Below the pieces are notes generated by a model. It searched no databases, was not told where the DNA came from, and saw nothing but the letters and a program-made list of their open reading frames with translations. This document shows positions 1 through 10,107 of a stretch of DNA of 64,000 nucleotides, one piece after another; position 1 is the stretch's first letter; every line of letters starts with the position of its first letter. Source of the DNA: an uncultured Roseivirgaceae bacterium (GTDB lineage Bacteria > Bacteroidota > Bacteroidia > Cytophagales > Cyclobacteriaceae); NCBI GenBank assembly GCA_964551035.1, contig CAZKBK010000009.1:8662-72661 (forward strand), written 5' to 3'. The position numbers were made by a program, and so were the translations under genes.

Positions 1-98
1 TTGAGTGTTTCGGTAAGCTTTATAATTAAGATTATGTTAAATAGGAAAAACGCAATCCCTACACTCCAAACCCTTTTTATCCGTACCTACCACTCCCG

Positions 99-1388
99 CT
101 AACCTCCCGATCCCAACTTCTCCTCCAACTCCCCAATAATTCTTATCACCGCTTCATCGCCAGGTCTGTGCGCAAGACTCTTCCGGAAGGCCTCCAGCGC
201 AGCTTCATTATTGCCCATTTTTCTCTGTACTTCCCCAACATAATAATATGATCCATAACCCGGGTCGGCGTGGGCAACGAGCTCCAAAGCCTTGAGTGCC
301 CTGGCGTAGTTTCCGGCGTTGAAGTCGTCAACCGCCAGGCGCGTTAGTTGTCCGCCGTGCCGGACGGTGATCCAGCCGGGAAACTTTTTCCGGTCCTCAT
401 CGAGTTGCTTCCAGGCCATCTCATAGTTTTCCTGTTTTACCATTTCAACATAGGCCTCCTCACCTGCCGGAACAGCGCGGCCCAGTTTCGTGTAGAGGCG
501 TGCGAGCGCATCATAACTCGAATGGGTGCCGCCGTAATGCTTGATGCACAGTTCCAGGACGAAGGCAGCATCCTCAATTCGGCCAAGGTCGCCAAGGTCA
601 GATGCCAGGTTCTTCAGTTCCCCTTCAAACGGCGGAGACTTCGCCGCTGCCATCGCCTTCAACATCTCGTCTTGCGACCATTTTTCATTTCGCATTCTTT
701 CGATGAGCGCGTTGGGCCGGTCCACCCGCCCCTGTGTTGGATCCCACTTATCGTACTCCATATATTCCGCTACGGACTTTGCGACATCCAGTCCCTTTAT
801 CCGCGATACCAGGTGGAGCGCGCCGTCAATGCCGGCTGACACGCCTGCGGTGGTGAGGAAGACGCCATTGTCGACGTACCGGGTACTATCCAGTACCTTC
901 AACTCCGGATGGCTGGCCTGGAGTCCAGGGATGAATCCATACCAGGTCGTCACATTCATCCCATCCAGCAGCCCGGTGTTTGCCAGGACAGCCGCACCGG
1001 TACAAACCGACATCATGAAAGTCCCCTCCTTTGCCTGTTTCTTTACCCATTCAAGGACCACGGTGTCAGTGGAAATCTTCCGCGTCCCTCCTCCCGGAAA
1101 AACCACGATGTCGGGCGTGGGTGCCGCCGTCATCGAATAGTCGGGTGTAATCTTGTTGAGGATCTCGCCGGTCCTGTTGCATTCCACCGGCCCGCCATCG
1201 CGTGTGACCGAATAGGTGTGGAATCCCGCGGAGGCAAAAACCTCCGTCGGACCGGCAAAATCCAACAGCTCCATGCCATCGTACAGGAAGATGGCGACAT
1301 TAACATCTTCCCGTGGCTGCGCCACACCTTCCAGGGAAAGGACAACGGCGATGAGACAAATACTCCTTTTGACAGATGACAAAATCAT
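99..1388 (-). CDS. DJ-1/PfpI-family (GATase1-like) domain fused to C-terminal TPR-like repeats; secreted or periplasmic
   Basis: ORF 99..1493(-). The N-terminal half has DJ-1/PfpI hallmarks (VAIFLYDGMELLDFAGPTEVFASAG; nucleophile elbow MMSVCTGAAVLANTGLLDG). The C-terminal ~200 aa is helical and TPR-like (AGNYARALKALELVAHADPGYGSYYYVGEVQRKMGNNEAALEAFRKSL). I moved the start to the ATG at 1388, giving MILSSVKRSICLIAVVLSLEGVAQ, a signal peptide. Confidence 0.8.
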   Translation of the reverse strand: MILSSVKRSICLIAVVLSLEGVAQPREDVNVAIFLYDGMELLDFAGPTEVFASAGFHTYSVTRDGGPVECNRTGEILNKITPDYSMTAAPTPDIVVFPGGGTRKISTDTVVLEWVKKQAKEGTFMMSVCTGAAVLANTGLLDGMNVTTWYGFIPGLQASHPELKVLDSTRYVDNGVFLTTAGVSAGIDGALHLVSRIKGLDVAKSVAEYMEYDKWDPTQGRVDRPNALIERMRNEKWSQDEMLKAMAAAKSPPFEGELKNLASDLGDLGRIEDAAFVLELCIKHYGGTHSSYDALARLYTKLGRAVPAGEEAYVEMVKQENYEMAWKQLDEDRKKFPGWITVRHGGQLTRLAVDDFNAGNYARALKALELVAHADPGYGSYYYVGEVQRKMGNNEAALEAFRKSLAHRPGDEAVIRIIGELEEKLGSGG

Positions 1389-1676
1389 AATTGGTTTTCG
1401 TTTTCTTTCAAATTTGACAAACCCGGGCCATAGCTGGTCCAGGTCTTCGTTTTCAGGCCCGCTGCAAGTTGAAGGAAATAGCGTTTCCAACAATATGCCA
1501 ACGGTGCTTATTCAGGATTGGTTTGGAAAATAGACTTCACTTAGGGTGAAAGCACCCGGTGTCATGCCGTTCGCCCGCGATGATGAGGCCACCGGCGAGC
1601 AAGCTGCATGGGAAGGATGCGGTTCTCGTGACGCGGGCTACGACCACGCCAAACCCGACCCGCGTGGCATCCGCGC

Positions 1677-2609
1677 TCAGCGCTCCCCGCTTGCAACGGC
1701 AGTCTTGAATTTCCCCGGGGTAATTGAATGTACTTTCTTGAACAATCGAATAAACGAGGACGCGTCTTCCCAGCCGACCAGGTTGCACACCTCGTGCACG
1801 GCGTAGCCACGCGCGAGCAGCTCCTTTGCCCGTTGAATTCGTTTCATTTTAATGTACTGATACGGTGGCTGCTGAAAAACCTGCCGAAAAAGTCGTTTAA
1901 AATGAAATGGGGAGAGACAAGCCTCCCCGGCCAGTTCCTCAACCGTCACCTTGCGGGTAAAGTTGGCATCGATGTATTCGATGGTCCATTGAAGACGCCG
2001 GTAGATCTCCTGTCTGGTACTGCGCTTCACCTTGTCAATCGATGCCATTCGACGCTGTACCCCCTGCTGGCCCATCAGCACGACTTCCAACAGGTCTTCA
2101 AGGATTTCATGAAAGTCGACGTCGTTGAGCTGGTGATTATCGACCGCGAGGCGTGATGCGATGGACGTGACCTGCGGGGTCATCGGCTGTGTCTGATCGA
2201 AAAGGTGCAGCTCCGCATGGCCCTCAGGGGTGTCCAGCGACGTGTCGTGTGATGTACAAAGGGCGTAATACATTCGCTGAGCAAGGCCTACCTGATAGGC
2301 AACCGTCAACATGCGACCCGGATGGTCGCTATTGCAAGCCGTGCGGAAAGACTGGCCTTCATCGATCAGCAGATACTGACGTGGCGAGACATGATGTTTC
2401 CGCATGCCAACTGTGTAAGCCTGACTTTCGTCGAGATTGAAGTTCAGCGATAGCCGGGTAAGGTGATCGTCGCATTGTTCAAATCGTCTGCCGTGGATAA
2501 AAAAGATCCCGCTGCGCAACGTCGCCATCTCCGTTTGATGGAGCGAGCAGTAGAGCTGGCCACGCTTGTCGGCGAGGGAGCAGTAAGGACAGTCCGTTGT
2601 TGGCGTCAT
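1677..2609 (-). CDS. AraC/XylS-family transcriptional regulator
   Basis: C-terminal double HTH typical of AraC: VTVEELAGEACLSPFHFKRLFRQVFQQPPYQYIKMKRIQRAKELLARGYAVHEVCNLVGWEDASSFIRLFKK. Confidence 0.85.
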   Translation of the reverse strand: MTPTTDCPYCSLADKRGQLYCSLHQTEMATLRSGIFFIHGRRFEQCDDHLTRLSLNFNLDESQAYTVGMRKHHVSPRQYLLIDEGQSFRTACNSDHPGRMLTVAYQVGLAQRMYYALCTSHDTSLDTPEGHAELHLFDQTQPMTPQVTSIASRLAVDNHQLNDVDFHEILEDLLEVVLMGQQGVQRRMASIDKVKRSTRQEIYRRLQWTIEYIDANFTRKVTVEELAGEACLSPFHFKRLFRQVFQQPPYQYIKMKRIQRAKELLARGYAVHEVCNLVGWEDASSFIRLFKKVHSITPGKFKTAVASGER

Positions 2610-2779
2610 CGTGTGGTGAATCGTTCAGCACAACATCCGTACCATTGAAAAACACGTCCATGCGCCGCCTTTTGCAACACGGGCATTTCATAATCAGACA
2701 CTATCTGTACGCTTCTGGACGTTTGCAACGGCGTCTTCGGGGTTTTGTATGCCGGCCACGCCCGTTATCGTCATCATGC

Positions 2780-3649
2780 TCAGAATCCCCCACCCTCCAC
2801 ATCACTTGAATACGACACCGGCTTGCTCCCCCTGCTATCGGGCGCCGTGATGGTGATCTCAACAGAAAGCCCGGTACCGAATATCTTCCGCAGGCTTTGA
2901 AGGATCGCGGGTTTCAAATTCGAGTCCGTGCTCCAGCCTGTGAACTGCACGCTTTTATCCGCACGCTGGTGTACGTTAAAGCCGGCAAGTGGGAACTCCG
3001 TCATGGCGTTGGAAATGTCGACAGAGTTGACAAACGCCTTGTTTTCATTGCAAAAGAAAACCGGGTGCCGTGCTTCGAGATCCACGATGTACGGCATTCC
3101 ATCCTCGACCACGAGCGAACAAAAATCTCCGGTGCGGTAGCGAATGAGTGGTAAGAACGGATTATTTCCACCGGTGATCACCAGCTCACCGCGCTCTCCG
3201 GGCTTCAGTAGCGTATCCTCGTCTTTGTGAAAAACCTCAAGATGGAGATCCGGTCTGATGGCGCGATACCGACGCTCATTTTCGGCGACCGCAACCATCC
3301 TACATTCCGTCAATGAATAGATGTCCAACACCGGGCATTTGAAATAGCGCTCAAGCTTCCCGCGAACCCCCCTGGTGAGCTTCATTGCGGAAGACACCAG
3401 CGCTTTTGGAGACAACGCCGGTTTAAGGTCGAGCAGAGAAAGAAAAGCAAACGGATCGCCCGTCAATATTTCGGGATTATACTTCTCGAGGTATTTCACC
3501 CGATCGCCAGCCTGTTTCCAGTCATTGGTGTTCAGGTTGATTTTCAAGATCCCTGCCCCGTCGAGATAGGTGCTCAGCGACGCGTAGGTCAACGTGCGTT
3601 CCTGGTCACAAATCAAGGCAATTGAAGTGTGGTTCCCGCCGCGGGACAA
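2780..3649 (-). pseudogene. 5'-truncated adenylate-forming enzyme (phenylacetate-CoA ligase / F390-synthetase / CapK-like)
   Basis: The 289-aa frame carries only the central and C-terminal part of the PaaK-like fold (VLDIYSLTECRMV; GERGELVITGGNNPFLPLIRYRTGDF). There is no ATG near the 5' end: the frame opens at TTG 3649, two codons after an in-frame TAA. Only 88 bp separate it from the next gene, so about 100-140 N-terminal residues are missing. Confidence 0.5.
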
Positions 3650-3737
3650 CCTGATGTTATGGTAAAAATATGAAAATGTGGAAAACTACCTGAATTAATC
3701 CATCAGGCGCCAACACGAGATACTTTGTCCGGCGTCT

Positions 3738-5324
3738 CTAAAGCCCGCCGTTCTGTATTTTATACTGTAGAAAGGAAACAATCTCCTCCGAAGTGTAGGC
3801 GTTCGAGAACTCGTCGTTTGAAAGCTCCCTGTGGCGGGCCAGGGTCTCCTTGTCGAGGTCACGCTCGGTAAGGGTGTGGCTGAACGACAATAACTCATCA
3901 AAGTGATACTTGTTTTCAGAAACGCCATTCACACGGCCCCTTGTTGAGTAGCCGGTGGAGAAGAACTTTGGAGACTGCGTGACATAAAAGACATTGTTGG
4001 TTTGATTCGATTCATTGCCGGCCCCTTTGTCCACATACATCACCAGATAGTAGCTTCCGGTAAGTCCGGGCATGAAATAGTCCCAGGTGATTTGCTGAAG
4101 TCCCCATATCGTTTGGGCGAGCGAAGCCCCGGGGCCAAGATCGAAGTTTATTCTGGAATAGTTGGCGTTGATGTTTTGATAGGTGTTTTGAGGAATGGCC
4201 GTCGTAAACTCGCCGCGAAAGATTGTCCCATAGTTATTGGCATTGAAGGCATCCACCCACAGGTAGTAAATATTCCAGTTGGCGGAAGCGGGAATCGTTT
4301 CCGTGCCGACATTCTTCACGTCAAAAAACGTCCTGCGTGCATTTCTGTAGGGTGATGAATATGGGAACATGGTGAAGTCCGACATCACCACGGCGGTGAG
4401 GTCGGCGCCGCCAGTGGTCGGCGTTGGATCGACGGGCGTAGTGTTATCATTGAACGCGACGAACAGCGATTTCTGCCCGCCCTGCACACAAAAAGTGTTC
4501 ACCAAAAAATCATAGCCCACCCAGGCGTAGCCGCCATCGCCCCATCCGCTGCCCCATGAATTCACGATACGGAATGCCGCCCTTGAATCATCATATCCCG
4601 CGATGACCATCGCATGCCCTCCTTCGTCACCTGTATAGGTCAGGTGGTTCAAGACTCCCCCACCCGTCCATTGCTGGAATTGCCTGTTGACCATGGCGCC
4701 GATTACAACAGGAATTCCCTGCGCCAAATACTCCTTGATCTCATCCACAGAACCTTGAATTCTTCGAAAGTTCTTTATCCGGTTGGCCGAAGCGGACGAA
4801 GCACTGCCGGGTGAGTTGGTGCGGCATTGTTCATCATAAGGTACGTTGGCAAGCGTGTTCACGCCCCTGTTGATCAACACATTAAAGGCGTCATCAAAAA
4901 ATGTCCCCCCATTGCACGACCTCCTGGACGGATCTATGGAAAAAAAGAGATCAGTCGGCGAATATTGATTGGTGGGAGCAAGAAGTTGCGATTGGGAAAG
5001 GTTTCTGGCAAGGCCGTCAAGGTAGCTCTTCGTGTTATATCCCACTGCCCAGGCGACGCACGTTCCCAGTTGCCCCTGTTGACCAATCGGCGGAAACTGG
5101 TCTGTTAAATCAATCGATGCCGGCAATCCACTTGCCGACTGGTAGTTTCCGTAATTTATCGCTACCGGAATGGTTTCCGAAAAGTTCTCCTCGCTATTCC
5201 ATCCGGTACCGTACAGCGCGTCCTCGGGTTCCGGTGGATCTCGCTTCCACTCGAACCAATCCTCACAGGCGCAAAGGCAAAGAAGAAGGCAAACTGCCAA
5301 ATTTGAGAAGGCTCTGGTTGTCAT
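3738..5324 (-). CDS. Papain-family (C1A) cysteine peptidase lipoprotein with C-terminal CARDB-like beta-sandwich
   Basis: Lipoprotein signal (LLLCLCACED). The C1 catalytic triad contexts are present: GQLGTCVAWAVGYN (Cys), GGHAMVIAGYDD (His), NSWGSGWGDGGYAWV (Asn/Trp). After a Thr/Pro linker (TTPVDPTPTTGG) there is a ~150-aa beta-rich domain. Confidence 0.85.
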   Translation of the reverse strand: MTTRAFSNLAVCLLLCLCACEDWFEWKRDPPEPEDALYGTGWNSEENFSETIPVAINYGNYQSASGLPASIDLTDQFPPIGQQGQLGTCVAWAVGYNTKSYLDGLARNLSQSQLLAPTNQYSPTDLFFSIDPSRRSCNGGTFFDDAFNVLINRGVNTLANVPYDEQCRTNSPGSASSASANRIKNFRRIQGSVDEIKEYLAQGIPVVIGAMVNRQFQQWTGGGVLNHLTYTGDEGGHAMVIAGYDDSRAAFRIVNSWGSGWGDGGYAWVGYDFLVNTFCVQGGQKSLFVAFNDNTTPVDPTPTTGGADLTAVVMSDFTMFPYSSPYRNARRTFFDVKNVGTETIPASANWNIYYLWVDAFNANNYGTIFRGEFTTAIPQNTYQNINANYSRINFDLGPGASLAQTIWGLQQITWDYFMPGLTGSYYLVMYVDKGAGNESNQTNNVFYVTQSPKFFSTGYSTRGRVNGVSENKYHFDELLSFSHTLTERDLDKETLARHRELSNDEFSNAYTSEEIVSFLQYKIQNGGL

Positions 5325-5617
5325 AGTTCGTGCATTTTCAGATTTGCCCTACCGGAAGATCTATCTGCAATATTCATGAACGCTGCCATAACCTGCGACG
5401 GGTTGCCAACGACGCGCGTATTTCAAATGATTTCCCGATGGCCCAAACGGTCCCTCCTTGACTGTCACCGCATTGGCAGTCTCTTAGGAATCTGCACACT
5501 AATGTAGAAGGTATTCGCCTGGTTGGCAACTGTCAAAATATAATTCTGCCAGGCAATCTCCCGTGACGTGACCACGCGGAATTAGCACCTAAACGCGCGC
5601 CAGATACTCCTGCCCAC

Positions 5618-5815
5618 CTAAAATCCTTCATCCAACACCAACACGCCTTCGCCATTCATTAATCGCACGTCGTCCACCATGCCGGTTCCCGCAAAATTGT
5701 ACACAATCCCCACAACCTTCCCGAAATCGTTCTTGAACCGCATGCCGTACACGCGCTGGCCGTTCAGGTAGATCGTCGCTTGCTTATCCACGACCTCGAT
5801 GGACGGCGGCGGCAC
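5618..5815 (-). pseudogene. Orphan C-terminal fragment of a LamG/concanavalin-like domain protein
   Basis: 65-aa frame with a GTG start (ATIYLNGQRVYGMRFKNDFGKVVGIVYNFAGTGMVDDVRLMNGEG). It looks like the last strands of a jelly-roll lectin domain, and no upstream part is present. Confidence 0.3.
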
Positions 5816-5817
5816 AC

Positions 5818-6063
5818 CCCGTTGAGGTTCCTTTTACAATCGACCCGTGGGACACGATCGGCGTCGAAGCCGTGCTCTACCCCGGGCACGATAACTTCCG
5901 CTCACGGGACTACCGTTATCTCGGCACTGTCGGATATTTTGATTCCCTGGTACTGCCACTCAGGAAAGGGGAAAATGAATTGTGGTTTGTGCTCTCCGAC
6001 GACTTCGGAGGCTGGGGTGTAAAAGCGAAGCTGGACAATATGGATGGAATTCATCTCAAGTGA
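5818..6063 (+). pseudogene. Orphan C-terminal fragment of a beta-sandwich (jelly-roll) domain protein
   Basis: The frame reads PVEVPFTIDPWDTIGVEAVLYPGHDNFRSRDYRYLGTVGYFDSLVLPLRKGENELWFVLSDDFGGWGVKAKLDNMDGIHLK. It diverges back-to-back from the 5618..5815(-) fragment and has no plausible N-terminus. Confidence 0.3.
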
Positions 6064-6235
6064 TCACTGTTGCTGTCCGGCAACGTCGTGGATGTGTCGC
6101 ATCCGGGCCGGGTTCAAGGGGTGCTTGGTTCCGGGGTTCGTTGGTTCAGGGTGCTTACGTGACGCCCCGACCACGAGGCGGTTCTACGTAAACACCTGGA
6201 CACAAAGCGCATGAACACGCAGGTACTCCTCCACC

Positions 6236-6736
6236 TCAAAACATCCGCTCATCGGCGGATGGACCGTATATCGACGGCACGGGAATATCGTTCAACCGCA
6301 TGTAGACGGTGAGTTGGCCGCGGTGATGGATCCAGTGATTGATCGTTTGCTGAACGCTTTCTTTCTTCGTGGACGACATGACGACGTTGCCCGACACTTT
6401 CAGCTCGAAGACGTGGTCAAGGTCCTCATTAAGGGCTTTCTCCAGCACGCGTTTCGCTCCGTCTACATTTTCGTCAAAGTACTTCACCAGCGCTGCCGTT
6501 GTGCTGAGCTCAAAGCGGCTGTATGTGGCGAGATCGATTTCGGATCCTTCCACCATATCGGTGATCCACCGCGGAATGTCCGCCACCAGCAGCGCGAGAT
6601 AGCCGAGTTCCATGGACTTCTCGTGTGGTTTGTACTTATAAAGGCTGTCGGGAATCCTTTCAAGGCACCGGCGGGTGGCCCTGACCTCGGAATCGATCTC
6701 GTCGGCGAACATCTGCCCGATTCTAATGTCGTTCAT
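6236..6736 (-). CDS. DinB-family (DinB/YfiT-like four-helix bundle) protein
   Basis: 166 aa with metal-binding His motifs typical of the DinB superfamily (YKPHEKSMELGYLALLV; INHWIHHRGQLTVYMR). Confidence 0.85.
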   Translation of the reverse strand: MNDIRIGQMFADEIDSEVRATRRCLERIPDSLYKYKPHEKSMELGYLALLVADIPRWITDMVEGSEIDLATYSRFELSTTAALVKYFDENVDGAKRVLEKALNEDLDHVFELKVSGNVVMSSTKKESVQQTINHWIHHRGQLTVYMRLNDIPVPSIYGPSADERMF

Positions 6737-6833
6737 GGCTGCGTTGTTTCAGTCCCACGTGAAAAAATTGTACCGGGCGCGCCATTAAGCCGCCAGGCAC
6801 AATATACACGTAACACGTACACGCCGTACTCCC

Positions 6834-7700
6834 TCAATACACAAAATGTTGCTCCTCGCCCACGTCATGGATATGTCCCATCCGGCCTGAGCGGTAATCC
6901 GCGTAGAGCTGCCGGATGTCTTCCATGGTGTCCGCGATAAACGGTCCGTGGGAGACGATTTCATGGTGCTGGGGTTCCGCGGCGTAGACCACAAGCCGGG
7001 CACCCTCCTGCCCCGCGGTGATCTTCAGCCCGCTTTCATCCCCAACATCGCCGCGACTGAGCCAGCCAACGTGGTCGGCAGTCAGCAACTTGTTGCCGGA
7101 CCCGATCGTGGCGTCGCCATCCAGCATGTATACAAAGGCGCTGAAGTGACCGGGAAGGTGCGCGTCAAGGCTTGCGAATGGATCCATTTTCAGTTTGCCG
7201 ATGATCAAAGGAGTATGATTCTTCAGGGGTGACGCGAGGCCGGCGAATATTCCGCTGTAGACGTTCAATTCTATTCCGTCGCCAATCCTTGAAGGAACAT
7301 TCTCAGCGTTGAGACGCTGAACCCTTGGCTGTGTCTTTCTTTGATGCTTCGGCAGGTTCAGCCAAAGCTGGAGAATGTGCATCCTGGCCGGCTTCGAGAT
7401 CGTCTCGGTGTGCACGATACCGCTTCCCGCGGTCATCATCTCGAGGTCGCCGGACCTCAGGGCGTGCTCCCCTTCCCCGATCTCGCCGTCGAGAACAAGC
7501 GTGACGGTCTCAAAGCCCGCGTGCGGGTGCGGCCCTCCTACGGGTGTGTCATCCGTTTTTTCCAGCCGGTCATCCATGAGCATGATGAACGGGTCGCTTT
7601 CGTTGAAGTCCACCGCGATCACCGGGCGCGCGGTGTGTCCCTTGCCCAGAAATCCAGGATGAGCTTGCGGTGCATAGACTGTGGTTAATTTCCTTTCCAT
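6834..7700 (-). CDS. Pirin-family bicupin protein
   Basis: GGPHPHAGFETVTLVLDGE cupin metal motif. The C-terminal cupin has HGPFIADTMEDIRQLYADYRSGRMG. The 288-aa length fits pirin. Confidence 0.9.
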   Translation of the reverse strand: MERKLTTVYAPQAHPGFLGKGHTARPVIAVDFNESDPFIMLMDDRLEKTDDTPVGGPHPHAGFETVTLVLDGEIGEGEHALRSGDLEMMTAGSGIVHTETISKPARMHILQLWLNLPKHQRKTQPRVQRLNAENVPSRIGDGIELNVYSGIFAGLASPLKNHTPLIIGKLKMDPFASLDAHLPGHFSAFVYMLDGDATIGSGNKLLTADHVGWLSRGDVGDESGLKITAGQEGARLVVYAAEPQHHEIVSHGPFIADTMEDIRQLYADYRSGRMGHIHDVGEEQHFVY

Positions 7701-7900
7701 AAAATTTTGAATGACTCCTTATCATTATAGCCGACCCGGGTCGGAAAGCACCTGGATCGGAAATTCGTTCATTCAATAAACAAAAGAAGGGCGTCGAAAG
7801 GTTTCATCATCCCTTGGTTCCACGGTTTCCGGGACACACATTGATGAGGAAACCTTCCGGTGTGGGTAGGTTCAGGCTTGAAAATCTTACCGGGGCGGTA

Positions 7901-8485
7901 CTACTTTTCCCTTCCGGCCATCCTGGCCCTGATCCTTGAAAGTGACTGCGGCTGGATGCCCAGATAGGACGCGACCAGGTATTGCGGCACGTGCTGGATA
8001 ACGTCGGGAAGCTCCTTCAACAAATTGAGGTATCGTTCTTCGGCGGTCTCCGTCAGCAGGCTGATCTCCCGGCGCTCCTTGCGCACGTAGAGATAGTTGG
8101 CCATCGCCAGGGCAAACTGCTTCCAATGGTCCGACGAACCCAGGCGCTGCTGATAGTGGTCGTAGCTCCACTGGATGACGTCGGCGTTTTCTTCAGCACG
8201 GATGGATATCCTCGACGGTGTCTGCGTAATGAAGCTCGAATAGGACGTGATGAATTTTTCGCTGCCGGAAAAGTCCTTCACGTGCTCGCCGTCCTGGTTC
8301 GCGATAAGGAAACTGAACGTCCCCTGCCGTATAAAGTAAAAAGACCTGCAAACCTGTCCTGCCGAAACAAGGAAGTCGCCCCTGGTGAGTGCGACCTCTT
8401 TACCCACGCGTACGAAGTCGTTGATCTCTTCTTCGGTAAACGGAGAAACTGATTTCAGGAACGAGCCTACCTTTTCAAAAGCCAT
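7901..8485 (-). CDS. Crp/Fnr-family transcriptional regulator (cNMP-binding domain plus HTH)
   Basis: N-terminal beta-barrel cNMP-binding-like segment ([23 protein letters not shown]) and C-terminal HTH ([22 protein letters not shown]). Confidence 0.85.
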   Translation of the reverse strand: MAFEKVGSFLKSVSPFTEEEINDFVRVGKEVALTRGDFLVSAGQVCRSFYFIRQGTFSFLIANQDGEHVKDFSGSEKFITSYSSFITQTPSRISIRAEENADVIQWSYDHYQQRLGSSDHWKQFALAMANYLYVRKERREISLLTETAEERYLNLLKELPDVIQHVPQYLVASYLGIQPQSLSRIRARMAGREK

Positions 8486-8579
8486 GGGGTCAAAGTTAGC
8501 GATTTGCGATCTGATGTCGTTTAGTTTAGAAAGATCGTTGGATCGCCACCCGCATGTCCGCGACTTGCCCGCCTTCGAT

Positions 8580-8595
8580 ATTCACCTGGGTGAAT
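8580..8595. promoter_or_regulatory. Palindrome ATTCAC-CTGG-GTGAAT in the divergent intergenic region next to the Crp/Fnr gene; candidate operator
   Basis: The perfect 6-4-6 inverted repeat was read directly. It sits between the divergent genes 7901..8485(-) and 8640..9026(+). The half-site geometry (5-N4-5 core TTCAC/GTGAA) resembles Fnr/Crp-type sites. Confidence 0.35.
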
Positions 8596-8639
8596 GATAT
8601 CGGCGGCGCGGGGTTTCACCTTTGTCGTGTAATTAAAAC

Positions 8640-9026
8640 ATGACTGACATGCAAACCAGGACTTACCATGCAATCCGATACTTGTTTGGTATCGCGATGC
8701 TCTTTTTTGGATTGAACAACGTGTTCCATTTTCTGCCGGAGCCCCACTTTGGTGGCATTGCCGGTGAGGCGTTCAGCCTCTTTTACAAGGTGGGTTACAT
8801 TATGCCTACGGTTGCCGCCACACAACTTTTCCTCGCCGTTGCCCTGTTGACCAACCGGTTTGTTCCCGCCGCGTTGCTACTCTTCTCACCCGTGCTGGTG
8901 AACATCGTCTGCTTCCACCTCTTTCTGGATCTCCCCGGCATCGTTCGCGTGTTGCCGGTGGCCGGCGCGATCGCGTTTTTGTTTTATATGTGGAGATCCG
9001 CCTTCCTGTTTCTTTTCAAACCCTGA
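8640..9026 (+). CDS. Small 4-TM membrane protein (DoxX-like)
   Basis: 128 aa with four hydrophobic helices (IRYLFGIAMLFFGLNNVFHF; PTVAATQLFLAVALLTN; AALLLFSPVLVNIVCFHLF; VLPVAGAIAFLFYMW). The family assignment is tentative. Confidence 0.55.
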   Translation: MTDMQTRTYHAIRYLFGIAMLFFGLNNVFHFLPEPHFGGIAGEAFSLFYKVGYIMPTVAATQLFLAVALLTNRFVPAALLLFSPVLVNIVCFHLFLDLPGIVRVLPVAGAIAFLFYMWRSAFLFLFKP

Positions 9027-9037
9027 AACCGATAGCC

Positions 9038-9487
9038 ATGAACAGACCATCAAGAATTATGCTCACCATCACGGCGGTCTTTACGATAGCTGTACCCTCC
9101 GTGATGGACCTCAACGCCACGCACATGACCGATCCGCTGTGGCCTCCCCACGCCCGTTTTCACTGGGCGATTCAATATCTCAGCGCGATGCTCGCGAACA
9201 CGCTGGCATTGTATCTCCTGTGGGGAAACTACCGCGAGAAGGATTCCTCGCTCGCATTGCTGTTTTCGGGGCTGGCGCCGATGCTTTTCTGGACCATGTT
9301 CTTCCCCGCCCTGCTCATGCCGGGGACGGGCACGTGGCCTGATGGCGTTACGCCTCCCCCTGGATTTCCACAGGTCTTTACCTCGGTCCACCCCAATTTC
9401 ATTATGGCCCTGATGATCACCGCGCTTTCGGTTTATGCCGTATGGAGAGAAATGGCCAGGAGACGCCGGAGCGCCGATGCGCGTTAA
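9038..9487 (+). CDS. Hypothetical membrane protein
   Basis: ORF 8990..9487. I chose the internal ATG at 9038 (MNRPSRIMLTITAVFTIAVP), just after the upstream stop. It has four predicted TM helices and I do not recognise a family. Confidence 0.55.
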   Translation: MNRPSRIMLTITAVFTIAVPSVMDLNATHMTDPLWPPHARFHWAIQYLSAMLANTLALYLLWGNYREKDSSLALLFSGLAPMLFWTMFFPALLMPGTGTWPDGVTPPPGFPQVFTSVHPNFIMALMITALSVYAVWREMARRRRSADAR

Positions 9488-9522
9488 GGCGTAACGGCCG
9501 GGATACCGGTAGCGCGTTCCTT

Positions 9523-9984
9523 TTACTTGAGAAAGAACGGCCGCCCATAGCCCGTGAGTGTTTCACTCAAGGGGTCGGCAACGACGGTCGTGTCGCTTCT
9601 GAAGAATTGAATGGTATTGTTTTCCGAGCTCACGCCGACGCTATCCCCCACTGAAACCAGGTGGGCATAAGGAACGAGGAACGTGATGGTGTCGGCAGAC
9701 TGCCTGATGATCAGGTACAGCATGTCGTGTTGCTTGAAGTGGCGTTTCAGGCTGTCTTCCCGGTGCTGCTGCGGGTTTCCTGAGGTCACCCGACACCAGA
9801 GGCGGCCGGTATGCTTGTTGAGCATGCGCACACTGTCCACGCGGGCCGAAAACTCATAGCGGATGGCTTTGGCAAACCATTCGCGTTCTGTTTCCAGGTG
9901 ATCACGCTGTTTCCAAAAGAGACGGCCAACGAGCAGCGCGCACAGCAACCCGATACCTCCGAGTATGAGCAGCGTCTTCTTCAT
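9523..9984 (-). CDS. Hypothetical N-terminally membrane-anchored protein
   Basis: ORF 9523..10083(-). The best start is the ATG at 9984 (MKKTLLILGGIGLLCALLVGRLF), a signal anchor. I do not recognise a family. Confidence 0.55.
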   Translation of the reverse strand: MKKTLLILGGIGLLCALLVGRLFWKQRDHLETEREWFAKAIRYEFSARVDSVRMLNKHTGRLWCRVTSGNPQQHREDSLKRHFKQHDMLYLIIRQSADTITFLVPYAHLVSVGDSVGVSSENNTIQFFRSDTTVVADPLSETLTGYGRPFFLK

Positions 9985-10107
9985 GGGTAGCAAAGATAAA
10001 GCGCAACCTCCGAACACAAAAAAGAAACCCCCGGAGTTCGAGGGTTTCATGAGTGCGGTGGTCGGTGACCGCCGGTCCGGCATATGCTCATCCAGGAATC
10101 GCCGGAT

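Noticed and set aside
5400-5535. 9-bp inverted pair GTTGCCAAC / GTTGGCAAC about 115 bp apart, upstream of the C1 peptidase gene
   Set aside because: It is a single short match at long spacing, which is within chance expectation for a 64-kb window.
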